Assembly (NCBI GenBank): GCA_028023455.1 | Contig: JAQFVV010000009.1 | Coordinates: 9,052,001-9,116,000, forward strand | Reading direction: 5' to 3' | Length of the DNA stretch: 64,000 nucleotides | From: Epiperipatus broadwayi | Lineage: Eukaryota > Animalia > Onychophora | Shown: positions 1 through 12,200 of the stretch, piece after piece | How the letters are laid out: every line of letters begins with the position of its first letter | Numbering within the stretch: the first letter of the stretch is position 1 | Made by a program: the position numbers and the translations under genes | The notes under the pieces: model-generated | What the model was told of the DNA's origin: nothing | Databases searched by the model: none | What the model saw: the letters and a program-made list of their open reading frames with translations, nothing else

Positions 1-829
1 AAGATAGTAACTACTGGAAGAAAGTTGAATTGACATTTACAATATTACTTTTTGAATTTATAGAATCACAACTAGTAAATAAAGGGTGGCAACTCACGAA
101 AAGCAGTATCTAATAAAAAGTACTTCTTTCTAACTTTTGGAATATTTCTGGCACTGTTTTGCAAATAGTCTTCTTGTCACTTCTCGGTATTTTTTTAATT
201 TACCATATTTAGTGATTTAAATTAATATAGTCTGGCTGTTATGAGTCTCTCATGCCAGTTAGTCATTTCCTTACACTAAGTATAACAATGGGATTGTATA
301 CTTGCAACCAAAATTTCAATTCTCTAATTAAATGTATAGCAATTTTCAATCAAAGCTTTTCCTTTTCTCAGCACCGAGGAAGCAATAATGAGGTTAGGTT
401 TAAAAAACTGGAACTTGCATAAGATGGTACAATCAACAAAGTCACTTTGGCATCGAATTTGAAAGAAGAGTAAATAATTGTATATTTTAGTATTGTTTAG
501 AAATTTCAGCTCTTTGCCTACAATGAAACTGGAAAACTTTTACAAAGAACAATTTTAAAATGGCCTGCCTAAAAAAATCTGGTTAGGTCACTGATATTGG
601 TGAATTAAAATAATGAAAACTATAAAATCAATAATGGTAATGGTGAGAAGATAATAATACCTTGCAAACATTGATATGAATTTTTCAAGATTTAAAACAA
701 AAAACAGTACTTATAGCTAAAAAATTACCAAGATTTAAGACTAATTATAGCTATACTTAGTGAAACTTGCCTTCCAAGAGAAGAAATAAGATTTGCTATC
801 TTAGTATAAACCGAGCACTGATTATATAT

Positions 830-945
830 ATATGTGTGTGGGAGATGATGATCCAGACCAACTGATGAACGCTGGTTCAACATGAAATATATATAAATTG
901 GAGATAATTTATCTTTTTCACATATATGTGGTCATGTGTATTTAC
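830..945 (+). repeat. Degenerate fragment of hammerhead-bearing repeat family B
   Basis: CCAA-CTGATGA(862-868)-ACGCT-GGTTC-AACAT-GAAA(884-887)...TTGG, followed by sequence resembling 5490-5540 (ATCTTTTT-CA...TGGTCAT.TGT). Same GGTTC loop as the 4965-5815 locus. Confidence 0.6.
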
Positions 946-1800
946 TATATTGGATAAAGTGGATGACTGAAGGGAGTTTGAAAGTCTGGGTTCGAATTTC
1001 CTTTAATTATTTGAATGGGTAAATAATTACTAATATTATTTTTTTGAAAGAACATATCATAAGTGAAAAACGACAGAGTTGGATTGCTATGAACTCTAAT
1101 TTAGTATTTTTAATTCTTGAAATTCATAGATGTATCAATAAAAAACAAATAATATTAAAAGTTAGTTTGAACAATAATAGGTGTAACTATTTTATTAATG
1201 CTTATGTTCAACATTAAATTCAGAGAGTTCACTGAAAGATTTTATTTCTCACGGAACTACATCCTTACATCAATTATTAAAAAAACATACTTTTTTTTTT
1301 CTTGGAGATCAAATGTAGTCCAAAGTTATTGGGAATAATGGTATTAAGCCTATGAACTCAAATGCTTTATTTATATTATATTTTTGCACTACATATATTA
1401 TACACCATTAAAATTATTTTGTTTAGATAAAAAAAATTACTATAAGAGGAAAATATTCATGCTCAAAAAAATGGCACCATTTAAATTACACAAGTACTTC
1501 CTGATGAAAATTTTTGAATATATCATAAGATCAGTAAGTTCCAAGAATAAAATGATACTGGATTTACTAGTAGTGCTAAATTTCAATTACTATTAAACAC
1601 TAAAATTGTCATGTTTCTGAGGGTATGCAGTTCTCTTAAGAAGTGTGATGTGGTACAAATAACTATTTCTGGGTTCACTAAAAAAAAAAAAAGAATCCTG
1701 AATGGTTGTTTGACAATGATTCTATTAAAGTACTAATGACTTAACTAAAAAAAAATCTTATATTTTCATTTTGGCATATTAACAAAAATTTGAATATGAA

Positions 1801-2058
1801 TGTGATAATATATTGGACTATTTCCTTCATCTATCAGTAAATGTTGAATGTATAGAAAATTTTAAACTTTATTAAAACTTTTCAAATACAGACATAACAC
1901 ACAAATAAACAACATAGGTTAGTAATTACAGGTTGTTATTACTAACTAGTTGTTTGTATTTGAAAAGTTTAAATAGTTTAACATTTTCTATACATTCAAC
2001 ATTTACTGACAGATGATTGAAATATTGCAACATATACCATCATCACAAACTCTCAGAG
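1801..2058. mobile_element. Fold-back (inverted-repeat) insertion flanked by a 17-bp direct repeat
   Basis: Imperfect inverted arms at ~1801-1894 and ~1951-2046. AAAAATTTGAATATGAA occurs at 1784-1800 and 2059-2075. Confidence 0.7.
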
Positions 2059-2429
2059 AAAAATTTGAATATGAAGTTTCATAAATAATATACAAATTTA
2101 AAATCAGAGTTCAACAACTAATTAAGAAGTCTTAAACACTGTAAAGTAGATACAATTATTTACTAATCATGATCACTTTAGACATATGAACCTAAAAAAT
2201 ATCATAATTCTATTAAATTCATAAACAGACTTTTTAATATAATTAAAATATTTCGAATAAGTGGAATAGAATATGTTGACCACTTTTTGACTAATGTTAC
2301 AAGAACTAAGATAAGTTTTTAATGATATATCCAATCCACCTAATCATTTAGATTTAGATAAAGTTACCCAGATTAATAAAATTAAAATTCTTCTTAATCT
2401 TAAAATTATAAAAACAACAGTTTCTAATG

Positions 2430-2960
2430 AGATAAGAATGGTAATATGTTGACTTCAAAATTATTGGAATTTATTAGGAATGTTTCTATCATTCCAATTT
2501 ATAAAAATAAATAGAAAAGACTACAGTAATAATGATGGAATATTATTATTATCCACTACAGGAAAAGTAATCTCTTGAATTTATTTAATAGTAGATTACC
2601 AAAGACTCCAAATGGTTTTTGAGAATTAAGCACTATAGACATGGTTTATGCTGTCAGATATTTATAAGAAAAATGTCAAGAGCAAAAGTGCGATTTGTAT
2701 ATTGTATTTTACTGATCTGATTAATCAATAGAATTGCAGTAAGTATTTTTTTCATCACAAACCTTCAGAAAAACATTTGTAATAATGTTTATAACAGTTA
2801 TTGCAAATGAAAATGGGTATTGAACAAGGATCTGTACTATCTTCAATTTTTATTTCTATTTTTATGACACTGATTTTTGAAACAGTGGTGACATTAATTT
2901 GGGTCATTAAAACCAAAAATAAGAACTTGCATTTTCTGGTTTGCAGATGTGCAGTGTGCT
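2430..2960 (+). mobile_element. Degenerate RTE-type LINE reverse-transcriptase fragment
   Basis: Broken frames read IPIYK...DYSNNDGILLLSTTGKVI, resembling the LINE RT motif (D)CxNYRGISLLSxxGK. Confidence 0.55.
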
Positions 2961-3172
2961 GATAATTAAGCTATATATCCAGTTTTTTAAATACTAAATA
3001 CTAGTCTTTATAGGTCAGTCAAAACCTTAACTATATTTTGTATATCATCTTTGGAATTTGGCAAGGATAGCATAATAATCAGCATGCTGTAAATCTAAAG
3101 CCAAAGAAATAAAGTCCTAAATTAGCCAGTGAGAACATTTTTTTTTTTATAACAGTTTGGATGATTATTATC

Positions 3173-3417
3173 ATTACGATAGAATGACAGCCTGTTAAGC
3201 TAATTGCGCAGACGCTGTAAGAATGTTATTAATAAATGAATACCTTCGAACAACCACATGATATAGTATTTATATAAGAGTAAAAAGGATTCCTTTTTAC
3301 TCATGTGGTTGTTCGAAGTTATTCATTTATTAATAACATTCTTACAGCGTCTACGCAATTATCTTAACAGGCTGTATTTATAATCGCACGCAAGACGTTA
3401 TAAAATAAATGCTTATT
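3173..3417. mobile_element. Young fold-back insertion with 75-bp inverted arms and a 13-bp direct repeat
   Basis: Arms at 3187-3261 and 3301-3375 with 3 mismatches. Inner palindrome GAGTAAAAAGGA-T-TCCTTTTTACTC at 3278-3302. GATGATTATTATC occurs at 3160-3172 and 3418-3430. Confidence 0.75.
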
Positions 3418-4006
3418 GATGATTATTATCTTAATAATGATTCAGTAGCTTTTTTAAAAAGATAGATTTGTTGTTAAGGTGCAACATCAACTACAATAAA
3501 CTTCTGTTGCATTTAACAAGTTAGAAGATAGAATATTCCATAACAATGATATAACCTGTATTTGTATTAAAGGTCTGCTTTTCGCTTACTTTAATATTCA
3601 CAAGTGAGACAAGAACCCTCTATCAATATAACATAAAAAAATTATAAGATCAATCTGCATTAGCTTGGACAAGTGAAGCAAATGAATAGCAAGAAACATT
3701 GAATTTTATTATAAATTTTACTATGTTTACATAGATCAACAGAATCCATTTATGTTATCAGTGATTAGTTCAAAGATTGCTTCCAGCGAGGAGATATGAC
3801 TGATGATAGAATAAAATGAAAAGTGACAAATAGGCAAGTAAAAAGAGTAAAGTTCATTATATTTGGAAATTTTTAAAAAAATGCAAAAATCAAATTTCAA
3901 CTATTGTTTTATTTTTATTGTTCTTATACTTACTATAATTTATATGGAATATATACCTAACTAAATCATTCATATCAAATCTTTCCTAACAAGATGTTTT
4001 TTTTAC

Positions 4007-4099
4007 CTGGATGTTCTTCTTCAAGTAAACCTGGACCTATCGAAGCTTTACTGGGAGTCTCATGATCTTCTTTGGTTACAAATATTATTTGATCTTTAC
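4007..4099 (-). CDS. CHCHD4: CHCHD4/MIA40 mitochondrial intermembrane-space import oxidoreductase, internal coding exon (93 nt, phase 1/1)
   Basis: The minus strand reads ...gcaatag|GT AAA GAT CAA ATA ATA TTT GTA ACC AAA GAA GAT CAT GAG ACT CCC AGT...CAT CCA G|gtaaaa = (G)[30 protein letters not shown](G). This matches the remembered CHCHD4 N-terminus [24 protein letters not shown]. The CPC/twin-CX9C exon is not in the window. Confidence 0.93.
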
Positions 4100-4964
4100 C
4101 TATTGCATTAAAAAATACAATTTCATTATATCATAAGATATTTTTTAAAACAAACAAACAAACAAAAAATAAATATTTTATATATATACATTTTAAAACA
4201 AAAAGTTTAAAAAAAAAATGCAATTTTTAAATGAAAGCAAATTATTTACAAATAATAATTCTTCACACACTAATTTACTACTATTATTTAAATCATCAAT
4301 TTAAAAAAAAAAAAAGCATGTGGCTTTATTACTTGGGAGTTCATAAAAAATTCATGCGCAGAATCCATCCTGGGACCTCATGATCCCAAGTCAGAAGACC
4401 AAATGTTACTATAGATATAAATTAACATGCATTAAAAAGTGAGGCTGAATTATAATAATAGTTTTAACATCTAGTTTTTGAAAGTGAATGATCAAAACAT
4501 ATTTACCACAATGTCATATTTCTGGAATTTTTTATGCAAATTACTTTCTAATCTTAGAAAATGCTTCAATACAGATATATAAATAAATATGATGAATTAT
4601 TGATCTGTTTCTCAAGGAAATAATGAAAATAAATGATGAAAATAATAGAACTAAAATATACTAAAATCAAAAGAAGAAAATTTACTGATTACTCACTAAA
4701 ATATATGTAAAAATGCATTTTAAATTTTATAATTTCAAGCATTTCATATTTATTATTTGCAACAAAATATATATATGAGGATATATAACAAATTTATGAT
4801 TTTGATACCATTACAAATATTTTTTTTAAAAAAAGGATTAATATTAACTAGTGATTAGATATAAGGACAGAATTTTTATCCTAAAATAATTTTTTAATTT
4901 TATTTTAAAATATCTTATTGACATTTATTTTAAAATATGTAATTAAATGTCAAAGTTGACAATT

Positions 4965-5815
4965 TAATGACTAATATTTCTGTAGTGTAATTTTCACTAT
5001 ACAACTCTTATGCAAAGCAGGGACTGATTTCTATCCACTTTTATCATCTTCTGAAAGAGTGTAATCATAAACATGACCAAGACATATGAAAAAGATGTAT
5101 GATCCCAAAATGCATTTCATAATGAACCAGCACTCATCAGTTAGCCCAGATCACAATCTCTTACACATATTTTTATCATTGTTCCATATATATATAGAAA
5201 GCTAATTACTAATGTTTAATTACTGTGACAAACTTGCTGCCCTCACAACTATGACACAAACCATTTAATGGAAGTATATAATAATTTTTATTAGTCATTC
5301 ATTAGAGATTATTCACTTAATGAATATTTCTGTAATAAAATTTCCACTAAACCATTCTCACACAAGATAGGGACTGTTTTTTATCTGCTTTTAACATCTT
5401 GTGGAGAGGTGTAATTATAAACATATGACCAAAGACATGAAAAAGATGTTATGATCCCCATGATGTTCGGTTCAGCATGAACTATGCATCTTGGGGATCA
5501 TACATCTTTTTCAAGTCTTTGGTCATATGTTTATAATTACACCAACTCAATAAGATGTTAAAGGGGATAGAAACCAGTCCTTACTTCATGTGAGAGTGAT
5601 ATAGTAAAAATTACATTACAGAAATAATATTCATTAAGTAGATAATAAATTGCTAATAAAAATTAATATAATTCCATTAACTGGTTTGTATAAAAGTTGT
5701 GAGGACAATAAGTTTGGTACATCAATTACACTATAGTAATTGTCTATCTATATATACTGAACAATGATAAAAATGTGTAAGAGATTGTGATCTGGGCTAA
5801 TTGATGAGTGCTGAT
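4965..5815. repeat. Family B hammerhead-ribozyme tandem repeat (retrozyme-like, ~340-355 nt unit) in inverted arrangement
   Basis: Minus arm ~4965-5460 (GATCCC recurs at 5101 and 5453, period 352). Plus arm 5461-5815 (TGATG at 5461 and 5802, period 341). HHR-like cores at 5104-5144 (-), 5461-5497 (+, damaged) and 5801-5815 (+, truncated). Confidence 0.8.
5104..5144 (-). ncRNA. Type I hammerhead ribozyme, family B (stem II weakened in this copy)
   Basis: The minus strand reads CTAA CTGATGA GTGCT GGTTC ATTAT GAAA TGCA TT TTGG. It has core CUGAUGA/GAAA, a palindromic stem III ATGCAT and stem I CUAA/UUGG. The 5461 copy retains AGCAT, which would give a 5-bp stem II in the consensus. Confidence 0.6.
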
Positions 5816-6626
5816 TCTTTACTAGCAGAGAATTTTTTTAAATGTTGTTGGAAAATTGTAAAATTATTTTCTATCTCTCTCTATATATATAAATTTATTA
5901 TTTATAATTAGAATATATAAAAAATTTAATTACCAAAATAATTTTCAATAATAAATCAACTAATTCTAATATGTATTGTAGCAGTATCAGTAAAATTTAC
6001 ACAGATTGATCACCATTTAATTAAAACTTAGATGACAAAGCCACTAAAGTTTATTCACAAGTACATTGACCATGGATCCATTCACATACTGATACTAACA
6101 ACACGAAATAAGATAGTATTTCATATGAACGATATTACTGATCTAAACATTAAATGAATGATCATAATTATAAGGTAAAGTAAGTTTTAGACAAAGAATA
6201 ATCCTATAAAATAAATTTGTGACTATTAAATGATAATATAATTACCAATGGATGTGACACTTCACAGCAAAAGAGAAATTGCTCCCTTTGAGCCACTAAT
6301 CCAGGATAAGATCATACATATTTCTCTTAAATAAAATTTAATATTTCCACACTTGAAAGAGCCAAAAACATTTAAAAGTGTAAATATTTAAATTTATATC
6401 TAAATAATCTGATGCCATTAAATTACACTTGCAAATTATTTAATTCCAGAATACATAAATAATAATGTTATTTCTGTCCAATAACCACAAAATGATCATT
6501 TTAAATCTTACCAAAAAAACAGGCAAAACTCACTATAAGTATTGCCACACACTGCAAGCTAGAGTAATCAATGGATGCCAGAAGAGTTGTGCATAAAATC
6601 CCCATCTAGTGCTTACTCATCCAACA

Positions 6627-6668
6627 TCCCCAGACTAGTTTCTGGCTTGTGACCTTCATCAGTGAGGA
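6627..6668 (-). ncRNA. Type I hammerhead ribozyme, family A
   Basis: TCCTCA CTGATGA A GGT CACAA GCC A GAAA CTAG TC TGGGGA. It has a 6-bp stem I, intact core, 3-bp stem II, palindromic ACTAGT stem III and a GUC cleavage triplet. Stem I extends past an internal loop (ATCCAA/TTGGAT). Confidence 0.82.
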
Positions 6669-7493
6669 GCCTTGGATCTGAGAGCACTGCACATAGATCT
6701 TAGAATCTAATGCAACCCTCCAGCAGCCACCTTTTCTCCACTTAACTACAAAACTATGAGTCTTAAACTGAAAACATCTTAATGTTTTCAATCCAAGCCC
6801 ATTAGCTTATATAGTCATATGGATCTGAACTCAGTTCAGTACCCATACATTTTGGTGTCTTTGGTTCTTTAATAACGATAGCCACCACTATCCTATTAGG
6901 CAGGTTTGGTTTTAAGCCAATAAATATCACATGACCACCACTTCTTATGCTTGTGTATAACTGTTGTTAAAACAGGCAAAACTCACTATACGTATTGCCA
7001 CTCACAGCAAGCTAGAGTAATCAATGGATGCCAGAAGGCTTGTGCATAAAATCCCCATCTAGTGCCCACTCATCCAATATCCCCAGACTAGTTTCTGGCT
7101 TGGATCTGACAGCACTGCACATAGATCATAAAATCTAATGCAACCCACCAGCAGCCGCCTTTTAACTCCACTTAATTACAAAACTATGAGTCTTAAACTG
7201 AAAACACCTTAATATTTCAATCCAAGCTCATTAGCTTATATAATCATATGGGTCTGAAGTCAGTTCAGTACCCTTTGGTTCTTTAATAACCATAGCCACC
7301 ACTATCCTATTAGGCAGGATTGGTTTTAAGCTAACAAACATCACATGACCACCACTTCTTATGCTTGTGTATAACTGTTGTTAAAACAGGCAAAACTCAC
7401 TATTCGTATTGCCACACACAGCAAGCTAGAGCAATCAATGGATGCCAGAAAGCTTGTGCATAAAATCCCCATCTAATGCATACTCATCCAATA

Positions 7494-7535
7494 TCTCCAG
7501 ACTAGTTTCTGGCTTGTGGCCTTCATCAGCGAGGA
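7494..7535 (-). ncRNA. Type I hammerhead ribozyme, family A
   Basis: TCCTCG CTGATGA A GGC CACAA GCC A GAAA CTAG TC TGGAGA. Core intact, with one stem I mismatch. Confidence 0.75.
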
Positions 7536-7667
7536 GCCTTGGGCTTGGATTGAAAACCTTAAGGTGTTTTCAGTTTAAGACTCATAGTTTTGTAGTTAAA
7601 TGGAGATAAAAGGTGGCTGCTGGAGGGTTGCATTAGATTCTATGTGCAGTGCTCTCAGATCTAAGGC

Positions 7668-7709
7668 TCCTTACTGATGAAGGCCACAAACCAGAAACTA
7701 GTCTGGGGA
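7668..7709 (+). ncRNA. Type I hammerhead ribozyme, family A
   Basis: TCCTTA CTGATGA A GGC CACAA ACC A GAAA CTAG TC TGGGGA. Core intact, with one stem II mismatch. Confidence 0.72.
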
Positions 7710-8122
7710 TATTGGATGAGTAGGCACTAGATAGGGATTTTATGCACAAGCCTTCTGGCATCCATTGATTACTCTAGCTTGCTGTGTGTGGCAATACGTA
7801 TAGTGAGTTTTGATTGTTTTAACAACAGTTATACACAAGCATAAAAAGTGGTAGTCATGTGATGTTTATTGGCTTAAAACTAATCCTGCCTAATAGGATA
7901 GTGATGGCTATCGTTATTAAAGAACCCAAGACACCAAAATGTATGGGTACTGACCTGAGTTCAGACCCATATGATTATATAAGCTAATGGGCTTGGATTG
8001 AAAACATTAAGGTGTTTTCAGTTTAAGACTCATAGTTTTGTAGTTAAGTGGAGATAAAAGGTGGCTGCTGGAGGGTTGCATTAGATTCTAAGATCTATGT
8101 GCAGTGCTCTCAGAGCCAAGGC

Positions 8123-8164
8123 TCCTCACTGATGAAGGCCACAAGCCAGAAACTAGTTTGGGGA
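8123..8164 (+). ncRNA. Type I hammerhead ribozyme, family A
   Basis: TCCTCA CTGATGA A GGC CACAA GCC A GAAA CTAG TT TGGGGA. Core intact, with a GUU triplet. Confidence 0.8.
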
Positions 8165-10221
8165 TATTGGATGAGTAGGCACTAGATGGGGATTTTATGC
8201 ACAAGTCTTCTGGCATCCATTGATTACTCTAGCTTGCTGTGTGTGGCAATACGTATAGTGAGTTTTGCCTGTTTTAACAACAGTTATACACAAGCATAAG
8301 AAGTGGTGGTCATGTGATGTTTATTGGCCGTCCCTAATTACAATTCATCTTGGATATATTCAATCAGTAAGAAATATCAGCTAATATTAGAATGAGATAA
8401 ATTTTAGGTGTAAAATTAAATGTCTGGATCATAAAAACCAAAACTTTTATAACACAACAAAACATAATAAACAGAAATAGCACAGGCATAGCTATTTTCA
8501 AATGCAACATGAAATTCAAATGACTGAGAAAAATTCCATAGCACATGAACATTTGCAGTTAACTATTCCCTAGAAGTTAAATGTGATTAGCTCTTATATA
8601 TATTTAACTAAGCACATAGCCAATAAATAATCTATATCAAACAAATTTCATAAGTCCTCTAAGACCCTCCTCTAAGACCCAATGAACTACAGAAACAGAA
8701 TCATCTATGAGTATAACAAATAATAAAAGAGAAAATGCTCCTTTGGTTGGCTAATCATGAGGATATAATGCTGAATGAGGTTTAATATCCTCCCATTTCA
8801 TTACTAACTACAAATTCATTTCTTTTTTTAATAAATAGAATCAAAAGCATATTTAAGTGTATATCTTAGTGATATAGTGTCATTAAATTCCATGGGCAAA
8901 CTTTTTTAATCCCATAATATATAAATATGATAATAATAATAATTTTATTTGTAAATAAACTGCTTCTGAAAAATGCAATTTGCTATATATCAGCAAAATA
9001 ACATTAATATACATTAATCGTATTAAACAAATATTAATAACTTTAGCATGGCATAGCTTTATTTTGTCTTTAAACTGCATGTAATTTTAAAAAAGCATAT
9101 CAACTTCTATAAATAAAATATTTTATCTCAATCTAATATTAGATGATATTGTTTACTAACTGAATGCATCCAAAATAAATTGTAATTAGGGAAGGTTTAG
9201 AATGATCACTTAAGCAATTTTATTTGATAATTACTGGACAGAAGTAACATTATTTATGTGGCCACTACATCTATTTTTATTAATAATAATATTAACAGTA
9301 TTGTTTTTGCATCTATAATGCAAGTCTTCACAAAGAAAGGCTGCAGTAACTCCAATTTCTGCTATTACAACTCCTTTTTTAGATACTCATGCGTGTTTAT
9401 TGAAAATATCAAATATATTTATTAAATTTACGGTCATCATTCATCAAACCTTATTTCAACCACTTTAATCAATCTCTCTGGTATGTTTATTAATAAACAC
9501 TAATAATAATTAAAAATATAGAAAGAAGGAAAAAAACCGAGAAAAAAATTTTTTTTTTTGCAACTGAACAAAGCACATTATACACATAAAATTTTGTAAA
9601 GTATATATACCACATTTGCAACATTTAAAAAGAAAAGATTATTTATTATTAAACTCTTTAAAACATGCATGCTTTTGATTGCTAAGATCAGAATGATATA
9701 GCAGAATAAAAGAAAAAACTTTTTGAATTATGAAATTTTGATAAATTGACAAATTTTCTTGTTTGATGAATAATTTTAATAATTTCAGTTTGTTGTGAAT
9801 CCAATTTTCTTCCCTTTTTCTTATAATTATAAATTATCATTACTTAATAAAAAGTTGTTATTTTTTACTATAAACACCTAAAATATTTATTTGATGTATG
9901 TATCAGTACATTTTATTCATACTTAAATGAATTCAGTTAATGCTTTTACTACAGAGCCTACACCATTTATAAATGCAATTACTTCTGATTATAGCTTCTA
10001 TCATTTTAATGAATTTGTATAGGTTACACAATGTTACCATATAAATAATAGCATTTGTATGTTGTTTTAAATTAAAAACTTATCCATGTGGAAAATATAG
10101 CATTGGGACCATGAATTCAAAAAATATAAAAGTTATTAAAAAATAAATATTTCCATAGAATTGTTTCTAGAATTAATGAAAACAGATCATGGAAATGGAA
10201 AAATAATGGATGCATGAATAG

Positions 10222-10460
10222 TCATCATCATCATCAACCATTATCAATCCACTGCAGGATGAAGGTCTCTCCAAGTTCAATCCATCTGATCTTTAGCTTC
10301 TCTTCTCCATATCACCCCTACACTCTTTCTTATTTTATCTATCCATCTCACATGTGGTCTCTTTCTAGGTCTTTTGCAATCTCTTAGAATCCAGTTTAAG
10401 ATTTCAATTGTCCATCTATTATCATCTTTTCTAGCAATATGATCAGAAACTGCACTCATG
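10222..10460 (-). mobile_element. 3' end of an RTE-clade LINE with (GAT)n tail
   Basis: ORF 10277-10459 reads DHIARKDDNRWTIEILNWILRDCKRPRKRPHVRWIDKI, matching the RTE C-terminal GHIAR...W....W....KR.RGRP..RW motif. A (TCA)n run at ~10222-10236 is the tail. Confidence 0.8.
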
Positions 10461-10539
10461 ACATATTTGTTTTAAGTATGCCAGTTTTTATTCTTATAAT
10501 TTCAAATGTCAATTACTTTGAACGGATACAGCAAATTTA

Positions 10540-12200
10540 TGATTGTTTTGGAATATATTGATGTCAAATTATAATTTAATTACCACAATAATAGGAATAT
10601 TTTCAAAATACAAACAAAAAATATCTGACAAAAATAGAATGTTTCAAGATAATTGGAAAGAATATTTTGTTGTACCAAAAAGACATTGTTGGGCTATTTA
10701 TTTGATTTATCATAAAAGTGCAATATTAAAAAAATATAAAAATTGTTTGTTATATTATAAAACATAAATCATTTAATGAATTTTTCTTTGTGAATCTTTA
10801 ATAAGATGTGAAAAGTTAATTTTATTTAAGAAATCATCGCAATAACAACAGATTATGTCAGTGGCAATATCACACAATGCTGCGATGATAAGAGCATCAT
10901 ATAAAATTTGATACACATTTGGTAAGCATATGAAAACATTTTACTGATGCAGAGGTTGTAAAAGATTTACCAATGCTTCCAATGTATTATTTAAATTTAG
11001 CAATAAAAATCAAATATTGCAAATTAAAAAAAATGCAGCTCTCAGAATCCACCTGTTAGACAGATTGAAATATTGCGAACATATTTCTGACACAACATAA
11101 ATTTGAAAAATTATAAATATTTTAGTTTGGCTTTTGATTTTGGCACCCATATTTCAGAAACATCACAATATTCTGTTTTCCTGAAAAAAATTTAATTTAT
11201 GAAGATTTTTTTTGAAAATTCTTTCTATAAAGAATCAAACTAGACATAGATTATTTCAGTATTATTAGTATTTTTCTGGAAAATAATATTGATATAAAAA
11301 ACTTAGTTTGAGTGTGTAATGATGGATAGACATTCTTTAATGACTGGTCTGAAAAGGGATTTGTTTCCTTATTGAAAAAGAAATATAATTTAAAACATTT
11401 CTTATCATTTCACTGTATCATTCACCAAGAAAACTTGGCAGAACATATATCAATGAATGAAGTAGATGCCATGTTGAAAACCATCACAAATATAGTTAAT
11501 TATATCCAAATATGAGAAATGAATCACAGAAACTTCAAAAGAATCTTGGGAAAAAATGAACAATAATTATAATGACATTATTTTACATAATTCTGTATGA
11601 TGACTAAGTCAAGGAAAAGTTCTGGATATTTTCTTTATGGCAGAAATTATTTTTTTTACAACAAAACAATAATATTTATAGCAAACAAAATGGATGGTGG
11701 TATGCGACATCACAGAAAAACTTAGTAATCTCAATTGTGGTTTAAAAGCTGAAAACAAAATTATTTCACAGATGACGAATCAAGCGTTTGCTTAAGTATC
11801 TCTATTATAAGGAAATACAAACCTAAACATTGCATAATGTTCCAACCATAACAAAAGCATTGACATTTCTCCAGAAAACTATAAGATCACTTCATATTGA
11901 GAATTATATGTTGGTTATAACAAATTCTTTAGTATTCAAAAACAGCAATTATTCCACAACTAGTTGCATTGGGAAATGATTATGCAAAGCTATTTGACTT
12001 TATCTAGCTCAAAACTATAAGAATCTGCAAGCTATTTTTAAAGAAAAGAGTGCACCAAATTTTGGAAACTTGCTTGAAAAATAAAGACTGTATAAGGGTG
12101 GCAAATGTTGCTCATCTTTGCGAATCATCCTATTCTAAACTAGAATATGTGAAGAGCTTATAAAGAAATTTGCTTCTTGATTCTCACCTTGAAGTATTGG
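10540..12200 (+). mobile_element. Decayed hAT (Buster/Charlie, GTF2IRD2/EPM2AIP1-like) transposase
   Basis: KISDKNRMFQDNWKEYF at the N-terminus and the SFHCIIHQENL (CxxH) signature at ~11406-11438. Many stops and frameshifts; no terminal inverted repeats recognised. Confidence 0.75.

Larger units (their letters stand above)
6516..8328. repeat. Family A hammerhead-ribozyme tandem repeat array (retrozyme-like, ~455-nt unit): ~2.3 minus-strand units inverted against ~1.7 plus-strand units
   Basis: CTGATGA at 7674 and 8129 (+, period 455). GACTAGTTTC at 6633, 7086 and 7500 (-). Inversion junction at 7540-7542 with TGG microhomology. Confidence 0.92.

Noticed and set aside
6606-6791. 61-aa ORF in the family A repeat
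   Set aside because: It starts at TTG, overlaps the ribozyme, and the frame is not preserved in other units; it is a chance ORF.
6480-8360. Target-site duplication around the large family A array (also sought at 4965-5815 and 17996-18825)
   Set aside because: None was found by eye, so the shared-duplication argument rests on the other loci only.
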